This document shows positions 10,548 through 22,033 of a stretch of DNA of 64,000 nucleotides, piece by piece. The first letter of the stretch is position 1; each line of letters opens with the position of its first letter. Both the position numbers and the translations under genes were made by a program. The notes under the pieces are model-generated. The model was not told where the DNA came from. It searched no databases and saw only the letters and a program-made list of their open reading frames with translations. This DNA is from Mayamaea pseudoterrestris (Eukaryota), in assembly GCA_027923505.1 (NCBI GenBank), contig BROI01000005.1, forward strand, positions 186,001-250,000, written 5' to 3'.

Positions 10548-12001
10548 TTGTCGTTTCTTGCGCGCCGCGGCTTCATCCTTCGCTTCGACAATGCCGCACA
10601 GCGATGGATTCTCTTGGCTCAAATGATAAAATGCGCAATCCAAATCGCTACTCACGGCACCAAGCATGCGCATACCAGCACGTCTGTTCATGCTATCCAC
10701 CAACATGTAGCTGCGACCAGCGGCATTGAGCTTGGGGATAGTGGTAACGCTCTTTTCATACTGCCAACTCCACGGCTCGCGCTTAGGTTGTCGCGTTCTA
10801 CTAATCCGGGCAACAGCGTTAAGACGTATGCGCTGAATCGTATAATTCTTTTGAGGGCTTGAACAAGCGCCGGAGATGCGGTCGCTTGATGGGATTGCAA
10901 TGTCGCGAGCGCTTGGCAATTTAAATGAATCTGCACAAGCTGTCGATTCACTGGAGCAAATGCTTCGTCCAGCTCAGGAAGAAGATTATGTAGCGAGAGG
11001 CTCAGGCGCTTCAGCGTGTGGCATTGGGCAACAGACTGGGCAACCTGAACGACAGCTCGATCATTGGCAAGTTGCGTGGCCTCCACTTCGGTATTGTTTT
11101 CAGTTAACGAATGCGTATTGAAAAAATCGCAGCACAAATCTTCAAGCTGGGTCATGCCATTGATATCCCAAGATAAATTTCCCAAAAAGTCAGCGCATCG
11201 ACCAGTAACAAATTTCAGGTATGATAACTTCATTTCCTTCAGCTTCGAACGGCCTATAGCGCTCGATAGCGTTTCTGCATCAGCAAATTTACAACCAACC
11301 AAACTCAAGCTCTGAATTCTAGTAACTTCAATCGCACGACAAAAAACATCTTGCGACTGTTCGGATGTAAAGTGACAACCTTGAAGCCTAATCGTAAGCA
11401 GCGAACTGTTTCGACCCAAGAGACCCGCAATAATTAGCGACGATTCTGCCATGATAAGTTCATTGTCCAGCCTCGCAAATGCGTGTAAATGGATGTCTCT
11501 CAGCACCGAGCACATGGCTGGCAATATAATGCTGTAAAATGAACGTGGGACTTGAACAAAAGCGGTTGTAAGAGCTGGAAGTTCGCGGACCGCCGCAGCC
11601 AAAGCGCGCATGCTGCGCTCATCCGACTTGTTGATAATTAAAGACAAATGCCGAATCCAATGCATGTTTTTTAGAATAGCAACATGACTCAAGTTCAATA
11701 ACTTGGAAATAGAAAGATAGTCAGTCGCCTGCAACCCTGAAGCAAGCGTTTGGCAGAGAAATTGAAACCGTCGCAGATGATCTGCATCTATGGGGAGGTC
11801 AGGAAGCGAATCAAGTCGCAATGTATTCGCATGCACGTTCTGCAGAGCAATCTTAAAGTCGTTCAAGTCAGTTTCATGAAGATTAAGATAGTTCGCGACA
11901 AAGGGACCGTCGATAACTAGCTTGTAATGTCGATCTCGAGCGGTAGATTTTCGAATAAACTCCGCGAGGCTTTCACCCACTAGCCACTCAAGACTACTCA
12001 T
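10533..12001 (-). pseudogene. RNI/LRR-like protein of a diatom-type expanded family, frameshifted near 10850
   Basis: Leu-rich repeats (LTIRLQGCHF, IQSLSLVGCKF, LKRLSLSL) are in the 12001 frame. The family-typical tail (KNYTIQRI...KLNAAGRSYML...DLDCAFYHLSQENPSLC) is in a different frame ending at 10533. Confidence 0.65.
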
Positions 12002-12622
12002 GCTCGCTATTGATATTGTAGTTAGAAAGAAAGTGCTCGGACTGAAATTGTTTAAGGTAAAACTGTGTGACTCTCTTGTCTCACTTCTTATCACTGTCGT
12101 GAGGGTACAAGAAGTATAGTGCTACCGTACGTATGTACTGCACGAACGTGGACGCGCAGCGCGCAGCTTGACCTAGTGTCGCACCGTTATACATTTTCCA
12201 TCGGAATAGCTACCGTAGATGTATGCAGCGACCATCACACCCTACGTCGCTTGTTGAGATACTTTGTTGCTAGCAGTTGCGCCGGTAATAGTTCGCTACA
12301 AAGTTATGTTCAAAAGTCGCTGCTGGCTGCAGCAAAGTAAATGGGCAACGGTACAAATGAAGCCTTGCGCGCTCCTGCATTTTTCCAAGGTAAATCTTTT
12401 ATGGACCGGTATGTATACTGGCAGCTTCCATAACTTGTTCAGTAAAAGGAATACTTTCTTGGTTCAGTAAATAAGTCAACTGTAGCTGCGAGAGTGCTCG
12501 CTAAGCTATTCGCTCCGACTCAGCACCTTGAACAACAAGCAAATGCGCTTTTTGGGATGTCGCCCGAGAATTTTTTCTGCCATAGTCAAGATTACGTTTA
12601 ATGCTCGTTTGCACGGACAAAG

Positions 12623-14297
12623 TCATCTGCCTCTAGTGACGTACGAAGCCAAAAGTGTCCTCATTGAATACTGGAGCTGAGAATCAGGAACTTGAGCAAC
12701 AATCCTGCCCATCTCCGATGGCGACAGAGACAGCATCAGATTGACCCATTTTCCATCCTGCAAACATGTTTGGACTAGGCCATGGGGATCGTCAGTGCAT
12801 GCCATTTGATGCAGCAAGCTCGGCAGTGAAACTTCGTTCGGCGGCGGCAATGGCACAAGATCATCGAGGCAAATGCCTTCGGCAAGCACTGCGTCATCAT
12901 CAAAATCACCCGTCTTTACTCTTTGGAGATTCTCATCAAAATTGTCACAAGGAACGGCATTGGCAACTGGAATGTTACTGCCGCTAATATAATAATGTCG
13001 TTGTTGTCCATGACACGGTTCGACTTCGTCAGCGTCTGGTATCAGCAAGTCTGACAGCGACGGTGGAAAGGCATATGCCACGCCGTCACTCGATTGAGGA
13101 CTCGATGAATCCGACGTTGATTCGTAGGAGTCGTTCAGCGCACTGCTTCCCTGCGATGACACTGGCGACAGGTTCGGTACGCAATCATGGAAGGTAGTTG
13201 GCGGAGAGCATCCCGGCCGACTTGCAATCTTTACCCACAATGAGACGTATACATTGTTTGTCATGGAAGGAGTGAGCAGCTTGATTCTGACGGTATGCCA
13301 AACACGGAGCAGCGTCCCTTGATGCGAGTCACGCGCAGATGCAGGTACAGTCAGGGTCAACCTGCTTGACGCTGGCGACAAGGAGTTGTTTAATCCTCTC
13401 AGCTCATCGGCGCTATGCACCGCACTCGATGTTTGTCTACCGCCTCGCCGTCGCTTTTTCGCCAGCTGCGCTGGCAGTCCTTCCATACGAGCAGTGTCCA
13501 AAACAATGGTTGTCGTTTCCTCTCGTATGCGACCGTTATCCTCCAGCTTCCAGTACACGTGCTCCAACAGTTTCACGCTGACTTCCAAAATGGGAACGGT
13601 CGAATCATTAACCAGCGCAATGCTTATCGGCAGCGCTTGTCCGCGACCAATCAATGTGTTGTCAATACTAGCAGTGACTGTCACTTGGCCCCGCTGCACG
13701 CAGAGGGTTCGAATACAAAATGACTTGGCCGGAAACAAGCAAGGTACGGGCCTAGTCGTCGGCACCAAAGTAGATTGGCATTGAAAGTTGATTGTTTCGC
13801 AAAGCGTCCCCATTTCCGCAACTAACGTGTACTCGATGCGCATGCCCTTTCGAAAGCCTGCGCGGCTAGAGGGATAGACAGTGGACGACGGAAGTGACTC
13901 TGGGAGCTGTATTTGAAAGGGCAGTACGCACTTGTTCGACTTGGAGCGATTTCCATGGGAACATCGTACTGTTTGCGTCGTTTGAAAGAAGCATTCCTCG
14001 GCGCGGCGAAGCTGATGATTCTCCGAGTACAGCATGACAATCTCCTTGCCGTAAATGGTGATTTGGACGTTGCATCCTTGACAAGACTTGTCACCTTGTT
14101 CGACGAGCAAATTGCCTTTCAAACAGTCTCCTGCCATGACAGGTGCTGCAAATGAAGAAAGTTGTGTCGAGATTAGAACGGAATTACATCGAACCTCAAG
14201 TCCTATCCAGGGCTGATCCAGGCACAAATTGGATGCAATACAAATTGGCCTTACCATTCGAGTCAAGAATGACGGCCAAGCTTGCCTTGTTCCCCAT
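12623..14297 (-). CDS. Arrestin-domain protein (2 exons; intron 14146-14254)
   Basis: Exon 1 MGNKASLAVILDSN splices GT-AG in frame to APVMAGDCLKG. Arrestin-like motifs ITIYGKE, LPFQIQLPESLPSS, RIEYTLVA, ISIALVNDSTVPI and LRVWHTVRIKL. Confidence 0.75.
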
Positions 14298-14651
14298 CAC
14301 TGCTGCTGTTAGAGGTCCAGTGAAAGTTATATAATCGACTTGCTCCTGCAAAAAGGTTCGAATGCAGCAGCACATTCGATGCGGAAGGTTTGCTCGGAAG
14401 GCGAAGCGTGACGGAGGGAGGACGATGCGCCGGCGCGCGCGCGAAAGTCTGACCCGCCTAAATTGTCAACACTGTAGCTATCATACCGGTTTCTAGTCAC
14501 GCTGCTACCTTCCATAGTTTTTATTCTTGTCATTGTCATGCACTTTGGGAAATGCGCAATACTGGGTCCCTGACAAGCTCATTGTATATATTTCTTGTAG
14601 TGTACTATTAAGCATTTACTAGCAATATGATTTTGTACAACAGCTACGTTA

Positions 14652-16926
14652 TCAAAATTTCTGTCCTTTGACAACCTTTTCCGCGTGATGCTTCCATTGC
14701 TGCGCCACCGACGGATTCACTTGGAGCGACAGCGCCAAACCGCGAAGGAGCAAGGACGTTCGATACACCATGGAAAGTTCATTTGGAAAGTACGTCACCT
14801 TGTCAAGTTCATGCAGCTTTCGATGCCAGCCATGATCCATGTGTTCCGGCTGCAAATGACTAAACATGAGTCGAGCAAACGTCGCCAAGAATAACGTTGA
14901 ATCGTTCTTGGTCTGTATCTTGAGCGCCCGCAGTGCGTCAGCAATGGACTCATCCGATTCATGGTTGGCGACGCTGAGTATAAGGTGCGCAATACGAACC
15001 TGCTCGTCCGATGAAAGGCGCTTGCATTGCCCAAAGTCAATCAAACCAAGCTGCTGCTGTTGCTGCTGTCGTCGAAATGGCTTTTGTCGAGTATTTGACG
15101 TTCCTTCATCGACGTAGTCCTTGTCCAACACCAATATATTCTGCAAAAAAGGGCGTAGGCATTGAGTTGACCGAGTATGGCAGCCAGACAAGACCGCAAG
15201 CAAAACACTCTATCAAGCACTTACACCCGGGTGCGGATCACCATTAAACAACCCGACGGCAAAAATTTGATGCCCGTGCACGTCAAACAGTCCATCAATC
15301 CACGTGGCCGTCAACGATAAGCGCTCCGCCTGCAGCGCGGCCGTTTGATGTTCCGTTGCCCATTGCAGGAGCGTGCCTGGAAGCACTGGAGCAGCCGACT
15401 GAATGGCAGATACAGCAACGGCAGTCGACCAAAGCACGACGCGACGGGCCAGTCGAATCGAATACAAAACGGCGTCAATACCAATGGTTCGTCCAATCAG
15501 TTGCGATACTGCAGCCATGACGGACGACCGACGCGACGACGTGACCAAGCTTGCATCCTCCTTTACAACATTCAACTCTACGTCTCGCTTGGAATCATAT
15601 GCTTCAGCGGTAGCATCCCTTGCCGAATCTCTAACCACGGCACTCATGCTTTGCTTGCTTGTATCAATACCAAGCATGGCCAATTGTCGGCGCGCCTCAT
15701 CCTCAAGCTTGCTTCCAGGTAGATATGTCATGGTAATGACCCTTGGCGTACAGTAATCCTTCAACACGCGCGGCACAACAATGTTTCGTTTCAGGTATGG
15801 CGCACTTTTATCCAATGATGACTCATAGATAGTTTGTAGGTTGTTTCGTTCCGACTCGTAATCCAACTCGTTGATGAATTGCCGCGAAAATTCTTGAAAG
15901 CTCATTTGTGCGGCGTCTTGATCCAAAACTCCGGCCCATACGCAAAGCTTCATAAAGTTGCCGACACTTTCAATGTCGGCAGGAACCTGCCAGGCAGCAT
16001 CTGGATATTGAATCTGTGCGCCATGTCATTGAAATGGAAGAAAAACGAGCCTCAATGTGAAATGATCAAATCAATGAATGCGGATTTTTATTTACACAAC
16101 CGGAGCCAACCATGACAAACGACCTTCCCAGCCACGAGCAATCGCATCATTCCTTGCATCCACAGATCACACACTATTCATCCCTAGCATCCACAGCTCA
16201 TACTGCGACTATAGACACACATACCTTGACAATGACTTGCTCGCCCGTTTTTTTCAAAATGGCGCGATGCGCCTGCCCAATGGATGCGGCTCCCGCCGGC
16301 GTTTCCTCCACGCTCTCAAAGATTTCGTGCAACGTTTCCTTGCCAAATTCCTGCTCCAGTATGGCCATGATTGTGGCATAGTCTTCATGTCCCGGAACTT
16401 GATCCTGCAGTGTTTTAAAGGCGAGTCGATATGGTTCTGGCAGTGGCAGGGCTGAGACGGAAAGCACTTGTCCAAGCTTGACGAAAAGTCCCTTGAGATC
16501 GAGCATGACTTGTAATATTTCCGGAGCATGCTGCTCGTGGCAAGCTTGGAGTTGTTTCTGGCGGCGGAGAGAATCTTGTTGCTGTGACATGATCGTTGTT
16601 TCATTGGCATCAACAGTCGCTGTTTCGTTGCTGCTGCTGTTTCCTGCATTACTTGCTATATTGTTGTTTGCTCCACCTGCACTCCATCTTTGGTACTTGA
16701 CCAGCGGACTACGGGAGGAAAACTTCCAAAAGTAGTCCAAAACGACTGGAACCACGCGATACCAAAAGGTGGCCTGTCGCTGCAAGCCGACGAGTGATGG
16801 AACATCTTCGGAATGTGCCGCGTAAACGTAGGCGGCGCCGCCAGTCAAACCAATGGCACCAGTCGAACAAGCTAATATAAGATTGCGACGCCTATTTGCA
16901 AGTCGTTGTGCTGATATGCGAAGCAT
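14652..16926 (-). CDS. ABC1/UbiB (ADCK) atypical protein kinase (3 exons; introns 16014-16224 and 15141-15224)
   Basis: [47 protein letters not shown] and LIDFGQCK; splicing restores the catalytic motifs. Confidence 0.9.
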
Positions 16927-17220
16927 GGTTCGTCGTTGTCTTGGAGGAGGAGGTGGGGCGATGAAGGATGAATGAGTCGATCGCCGTATAATAGTGGACG
17001 GAAGACGACGGAAGGAAATGCAGGGAAGTGTCGGAGTGGTAATGACCGAGAAGGTTACTTAGACGATTTGAGGCTCGTCCGGCGCGCAAACACGGTTTTT
17101 GGAGCCGTCGCCAAAATTCAAAATCGATTGGCGTCGAACAAGACGGCTCCGAGAACTACCTCTGCTTGTTTCTTCAAGTTCACTCATATCATTCCTTTCG
17201 ATTGCCAATCATATGCTACC

Positions 17221-17829
17221 ATGATGCGTCGCTGCTTTCTAGTATTGCTACTGATTTCTCCTGTCATTGCATCGAATTCTCTTGCTGATGCAGCCACCGC
17301 CGCCAACAGTCACGTCCAAGCCGCCAACCTTGCGACAAGCTCCCACCATGCGACGAATCACCTTGCGTTGAGGGTCGCTATTGATGAGGCCATTGAAACC
17401 AATTCATTAGGTACACATGCGCTGACACCTTCTCCGCAGCGGCACATTCGTCAACGACGAAGGACCAAGGAAAACAACAAACATTATTATCCACAACAAT
17501 TTTTCAAACACAATGACGCTTATATGCAGAACCATCGCCAGCTACAAGACGCACTGGACGATGAAACAATCATTGCCATACTTGCCGGTGTGGTCATGCT
17601 GTTGCTATTTTGCATGATATGGTCCTGCCTTTGCTCGTGCTGCTGTCGGCGGCGGCAATACTACAATGATTCCTACTATGGCTACAATAACTATGGTGGA
17701 CGCGGACGAGGTGGTGGCGGCTGCGGCTGCTTGTGCGATTTACTGGCGCTCTTGTGCCTCTGGGAGATTTGCTGCCCGCAGAATGACTGCGGACCGGCGT
17801 GCGCAATTTTGCCAGAGCCAATTTGCTGA
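17221..17829 (+). CDS. Single-pass membrane protein with signal peptide and Cys-rich C-terminus
   Basis: Signal MMRRCFLVLLLISPVIAS; TM IIAILAGVVMLLLFCMIW followed by CLCSCCCRRR; tail CGCLCDLLALLCLWEICC. Confidence 0.7.
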   Translation: MMRRCFLVLLLISPVIASNSLADAATAANSHVQAANLATSSHHATNHLALRVAIDEAIETNSLGTHALTPSPQRHIRQRRRTKENNKHYYPQQFFKHNDAYMQNHRQLQDALDDETIIAILAGVVMLLLFCMIWSCLCSCCCRRRQYYNDSYYGYNNYGGRGRGGGGCGCLCDLLALLCLWEICCPQNDCGPACAILPEPIC

Positions 17830-18128
17830 ACTTGTGTAATCCAGTGAGTGAGCGAGCGACGAGCAAGCGATTGCCGTTGATTCTGCAGCGTCAAGATGGA
17901 AGAATGCAAGGTTGTATTGGCCTCTGGTGGTCTTACAATTGCAGCTCAACGCTGACAAGATCTTCGTCGCAATGCGAGTTTTTTAATCAGTCCTTTACAC
18001 TCTCTTAAACTTTTATTTCGCATAATGGTTAACTACAAGTCTTGTTGTGGCCACAATCGTTTGGAGCGGCACTTGTACGTCATCTTTTATTTGCTGATGC
18101 CTCCTCGCCAGTCAAGGCCGCCAAAAAG

Positions 18129-19829
18129 TCAACGCGCCAGCAAAACGTGCGCCCGGACGGTATATTCGTCGTCTATTCTATACTCGTGTGTTTCCGCATG
18201 CGCCGAAGCGTGGCGCAGCTTCCAGTTGGTTGCTGCTGCTCGGTCGGTAGTTTGAATGTGATTTGAAACAATTGTCTTCCATTGCGCCAATGCTCGCTTT
18301 AGCTGGCGGTGCTTTTGACTCGTAGATTGGACACCAAGCCTACGGTTAGCCGTGGTAGCTTCTATTGTAGATGCAATGGTTGGTGCGGCTGTAGCAAAGG
18401 CGCTCGGTGAAACCGTCGGCGCAGTCGTCGACGAGTCATCAAACGATCCGTAGAGTGCATACAAATAATCGTAGTTGTCACCATTGGGGTGCATGTTAGC
18501 TCTTGGGTTCTGCAAAAAGCGATCGCAAGAAGTGAGTCATGACTGATGTGTGGGCAAATTTTTTTCTCATAATTGTTAAAATCTCGCGCTTCACTTACAA
18601 TACTGTAATCCATGCACGTCCCTTGGTCGCGGTTGTAAAAGTTCTCATCACTGTGCGGTAGACCAAAGCCTGAAGATCAATAATCATCAAGCGATTCAAA
18701 GTGAGCATAGTATAAGATGTCGCCATTGCGACGGAAACTCACAATTGAGATTAAAATTTTACTCACCATGACCAATCTCGTGACAAGCAACATATTGCTT
18801 CTGTGCATCCCCAAAGACCGACCATTTTAAGTAGTACTCATTCATGTTTGCCACACTGGAGACAATATATCCATCCGAGTCCGTCATGGCATAGTTAATG
18901 CCATTCCATCCGGTATCGCCCCAATCCTTGTTGCAAAACTTAATGACACCATCAACGGGCGTGCAGTCTGGATCAACCGTCACATTCTCCATGGTCAGTG
19001 ACAGCGACGAGCTATTGTTCCAGTCGGCAACGGCATTGACAAAATACTTGTACCACTTTGCATCCGCTGCAAACTGCATGGTCATTTCCAATCCGCTGTT
19101 ACTGTTGGGCCACTTGTTGGCTTGATCCGGATCCGTCATGTTGAACTGCGACTCCTCCAAAAACTTTTCGTAGGATGGCCGATAGTCGGCAATTGCCGAC
19201 ATGGCTTGCTCCAAATAGGGTCCAACGCTTCCTAACCCGTGCTTGCCATAGTAGTAGCCAGCAGTGGCGGATATAAATAAGAGCCAAAGAATGCTCCAAA
19301 GGCCTCGATTGCCGCTGGCGGCTTGGGCACTGGTTGCTTGGAGTTGGCGGCGTTCCTGCAATTGCTTTTCCTTTTGCAGTTTTATAGACTCGGCAGTTGA
19401 CTTGGTCGGGACTACGAGAAACTCTTTTTTCATTAGCGGCTGAGACAGCATTGGTGCGGCAGAAGCAGCAGCAGTCTCTCGACGCGAACGACCATACTTG
19501 CCGACGCGAACATTTTCATCCTTATAGATTCGCTCGGCTCGTCGCTGTCGTCTTTCATTGGGACTAGATTGTCGCTTTTGTCTCGGCCGATCATCAAGTC
19601 CGGCTCGACCCAGCATGGTCGTAATGGAGGGATGTGGATCAGCAGCTTGTCGACGCAAAGGCGACGGTTGTCTCTGCTGCCTTGGGCTTTTGCTGCGGCT
19701 GCTATTCATGGAACGAATTCTGCGGTAGCGCTCAATGTCGTCGGATGTTTCCTGGCTCGCTCCCGGTCTAGGGGAGCATGGATATGGTTCATGATCATCG
19801 TTAAAGGGATTATATGATGTATGAGACAT
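18129..19829 (-). CDS. Membrane-anchored metzincin-type zinc metalloprotease (exons 19829-18767, 18669-18599, 18509-18129)
   Basis: Splicing yields HEIGHGFGLPH (HExxHxxGxxH) and a Met-turn-like TCMDY; TM segment LWSILWLLFISATAGYYY. Confidence 0.85.
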
Positions 19830-20584
19830 AGCTACTTCTTTGTTTTACAGTGAAATTGAGTGACTGCAAGCCAAGATTCATTATGCGCGGAGGACGGCGT
19901 GAATGAACGATATAAGCGTTTTCACAGCCCCAGCTGCATGGCTGCGTCGCATCCCAAGAAGCCCAAGGCCTTTCGCCGGATTCAACAGGCGTCCGTTGAC
20001 TCGAATATGAACTGGCTACAGGTGCGCGATGGACGCTCGAACGGCCGCGACTCTGCGCCGTTTCGTCATGGTTGCCGTCGCGGCGGGCGCGCCAAAAACG
20101 AGTAAAGCTATGACATAAAAGAAACATTCGCAGCGGTTTTGTCACGATACGATAGCAAAACCGGCGGCGGCAGCCCAATGTAGACCAGCCCAGAGCCAGT
20201 ATGTTCAGCAAAAGATTGAAAAATTATAAACCAGTACCCTTTGTTCACAACTCCCAAGGTTACCAACTCCAGCTACCTGACATGGGGCATTGAGATTTAG
20301 CTGCAGTCAAAGTCAGATAACTTAGGTGCTGGTTGAGAGTCGCCAATCGAGCAGGCGACATTGTTGTTGACACTGCTTGGGATATAGGCAGAGGGACACA
20401 CATAGATCAAATGCGCTAGCTGAATTTGACGTGTCGTTACTAGCGCGCATTTGTCTCGCGATCACGGTAGACAGGCTGTATTAATAGCTGGTCCCCGTTA
20501 TCATACTTGCGGCATGTTTCATAATAAGAACTCTACACGTTACATATTTTATGCGTCTTTCAAAGAAAGTGCCAATAATGTAAA

Positions 20585-21718
20585 TCAGTCTTCTAGCTGA
20601 ATTGCAGAAAAGTGACAGCTTCCAGTGGTGAGATTCACGTAGGGTATCATCTCATGATCACCTGGTACCGAAAACCCCAGAATTTGATATGCATGAATCA
20701 TAGTTGCGATCGTGCCGAGGTCAAGAGCTTTGGTGGTTCCAACAACAAGGACGCCATCGACATAAAACTCAAAATCGCCTGTTCGATGGTGTTTAGCGCA
20801 CCGCACCTTACTGCCATCCTTCCATTCCAGTTCCGGTAAATCAACAGACGTCCATTCATTCTGCTGGTTAGCAAAACATATTTTCTTCATTTTTGGTGTA
20901 AAAAGTAAACGTCTGGTGCGATGTCGAAAAGTCATGACGTCATTACAAGCAACTGGTGCTCGACCAATCCATCCAATTTGACCACAAAAAGACTGACCGG
21001 CAGTAACTTCAAAGGACTGGACTTGGCGATCATGGCATGATTGTTCAATTGTCTGCATCGGTCGATCCAGCGAAAAATGTTGCACTTCTCCGTTTGGCAT
21101 TGCCGCCATGGAGTAGTCCAAGACTGAAACGCCCTGGGATGCAAGAGACACATTGTTCCACAAAGAAATATTGTTTGGATGCGAGTAAATTTCGTAGTTG
21201 AAGAGGACGTTGGTCAAACCGTAGCTGTCTACCATGCGATAAAACGCGTTCTTGTCCAGTGGTTTGCTGAAACATGGTGTGATTGGTGGAGCTCGGTCGC
21301 TCCTTAAATCGCTGGTTACCACACAATTCAAACTGCGGAGAAACTTGAGCAAGGGCAAGAAAATCTCGGGCTCATGATCAATGTAAAAGTTCCCATCCTT
21401 GTCTTTGGGGAGAGAGTCGTCCCAGCGTCCGCTAAACGTTTCCGCTAGCTCGGATCCAGTTACGTTCGTCAGTGTACTTCGGCGCGCCATGACAAGATCT
21501 TTTCCTCCAATGTTCAGCGTTAAAACATCCGATCCTTTGGCTTTCGCGCTCGATACAATGCGGTTATTCTCCGTCTTTTGACGCTTGGTGGACTCGTTTC
21601 GCTGCAAGTCACCCTCGTCTTCGCGAAGAGTGCGTGTGGCTGAAGCGATGATGCTTTCGCGAGTAGACGCAGAAGCAAGGCCTTTACTGGATGCAGCCAA
21701 TCCTTCCATTTTCTTCAT
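20585..21718 (-). CDS. BTB/POZ (KCTD/T1-type) domain protein
   Basis: VLTLNIGG...RSTLTNVTGSELAETFSGRWDDSLPKDKDGNFYIDHEPEIFLPLLKFLR. Confidence 0.85.
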   Translation of the reverse strand: MKKMEGLAASSKGLASASTRESIIASATRTLREDEGDLQRNESTKRQKTENNRIVSSAKAKGSDVLTLNIGGKDLVMARRSTLTNVTGSELAETFSGRWDDSLPKDKDGNFYIDHEPEIFLPLLKFLRSLNCVVTSDLRSDRAPPITPCFSKPLDKNAFYRMVDSYGLTNVLFNYEIYSHPNNISLWNNVSLASQGVSVLDYSMAAMPNGEVQHFSLDRPMQTIEQSCHDRQVQSFEVTAGQSFCGQIGWIGRAPVACNDVMTFRHRTRRLLFTPKMKKICFANQQNEWTSVDLPELEWKDGSKVRCAKHHRTGDFEFYVDGVLVVGTTKALDLGTIATMIHAYQILGFSVPGDHEMIPYVNLTTGSCHFSAIQLED

Positions 21719-22033
21719 TCAATTGCTTGGATGCTTTAGATTTTCAGAAAGTAAATCAGGAACGGTACGCTACCGCTAGCGGCACGTTCAGCGTGATTGT
21801 TTAGAAGGTGGCGGTGATAATAACGCTTTCGCATCTCCCGATGGTGCGCCCATGATGCGGCGGCGTCAACAATGTTCTTTTCATTCCCGCTAAGATTTTC
21901 TAGTCGTACCGGTTTCGCTTGAGTGCCGACGAGAGCCATCGGTTTTGCGAAACGATCACTCGCTCCCCCTTTTTGTTCTTTCACAAGTTCACCAAGTAGT
22001 GTAAGGGGCCTTAACTTTACAACGTGCATCACC

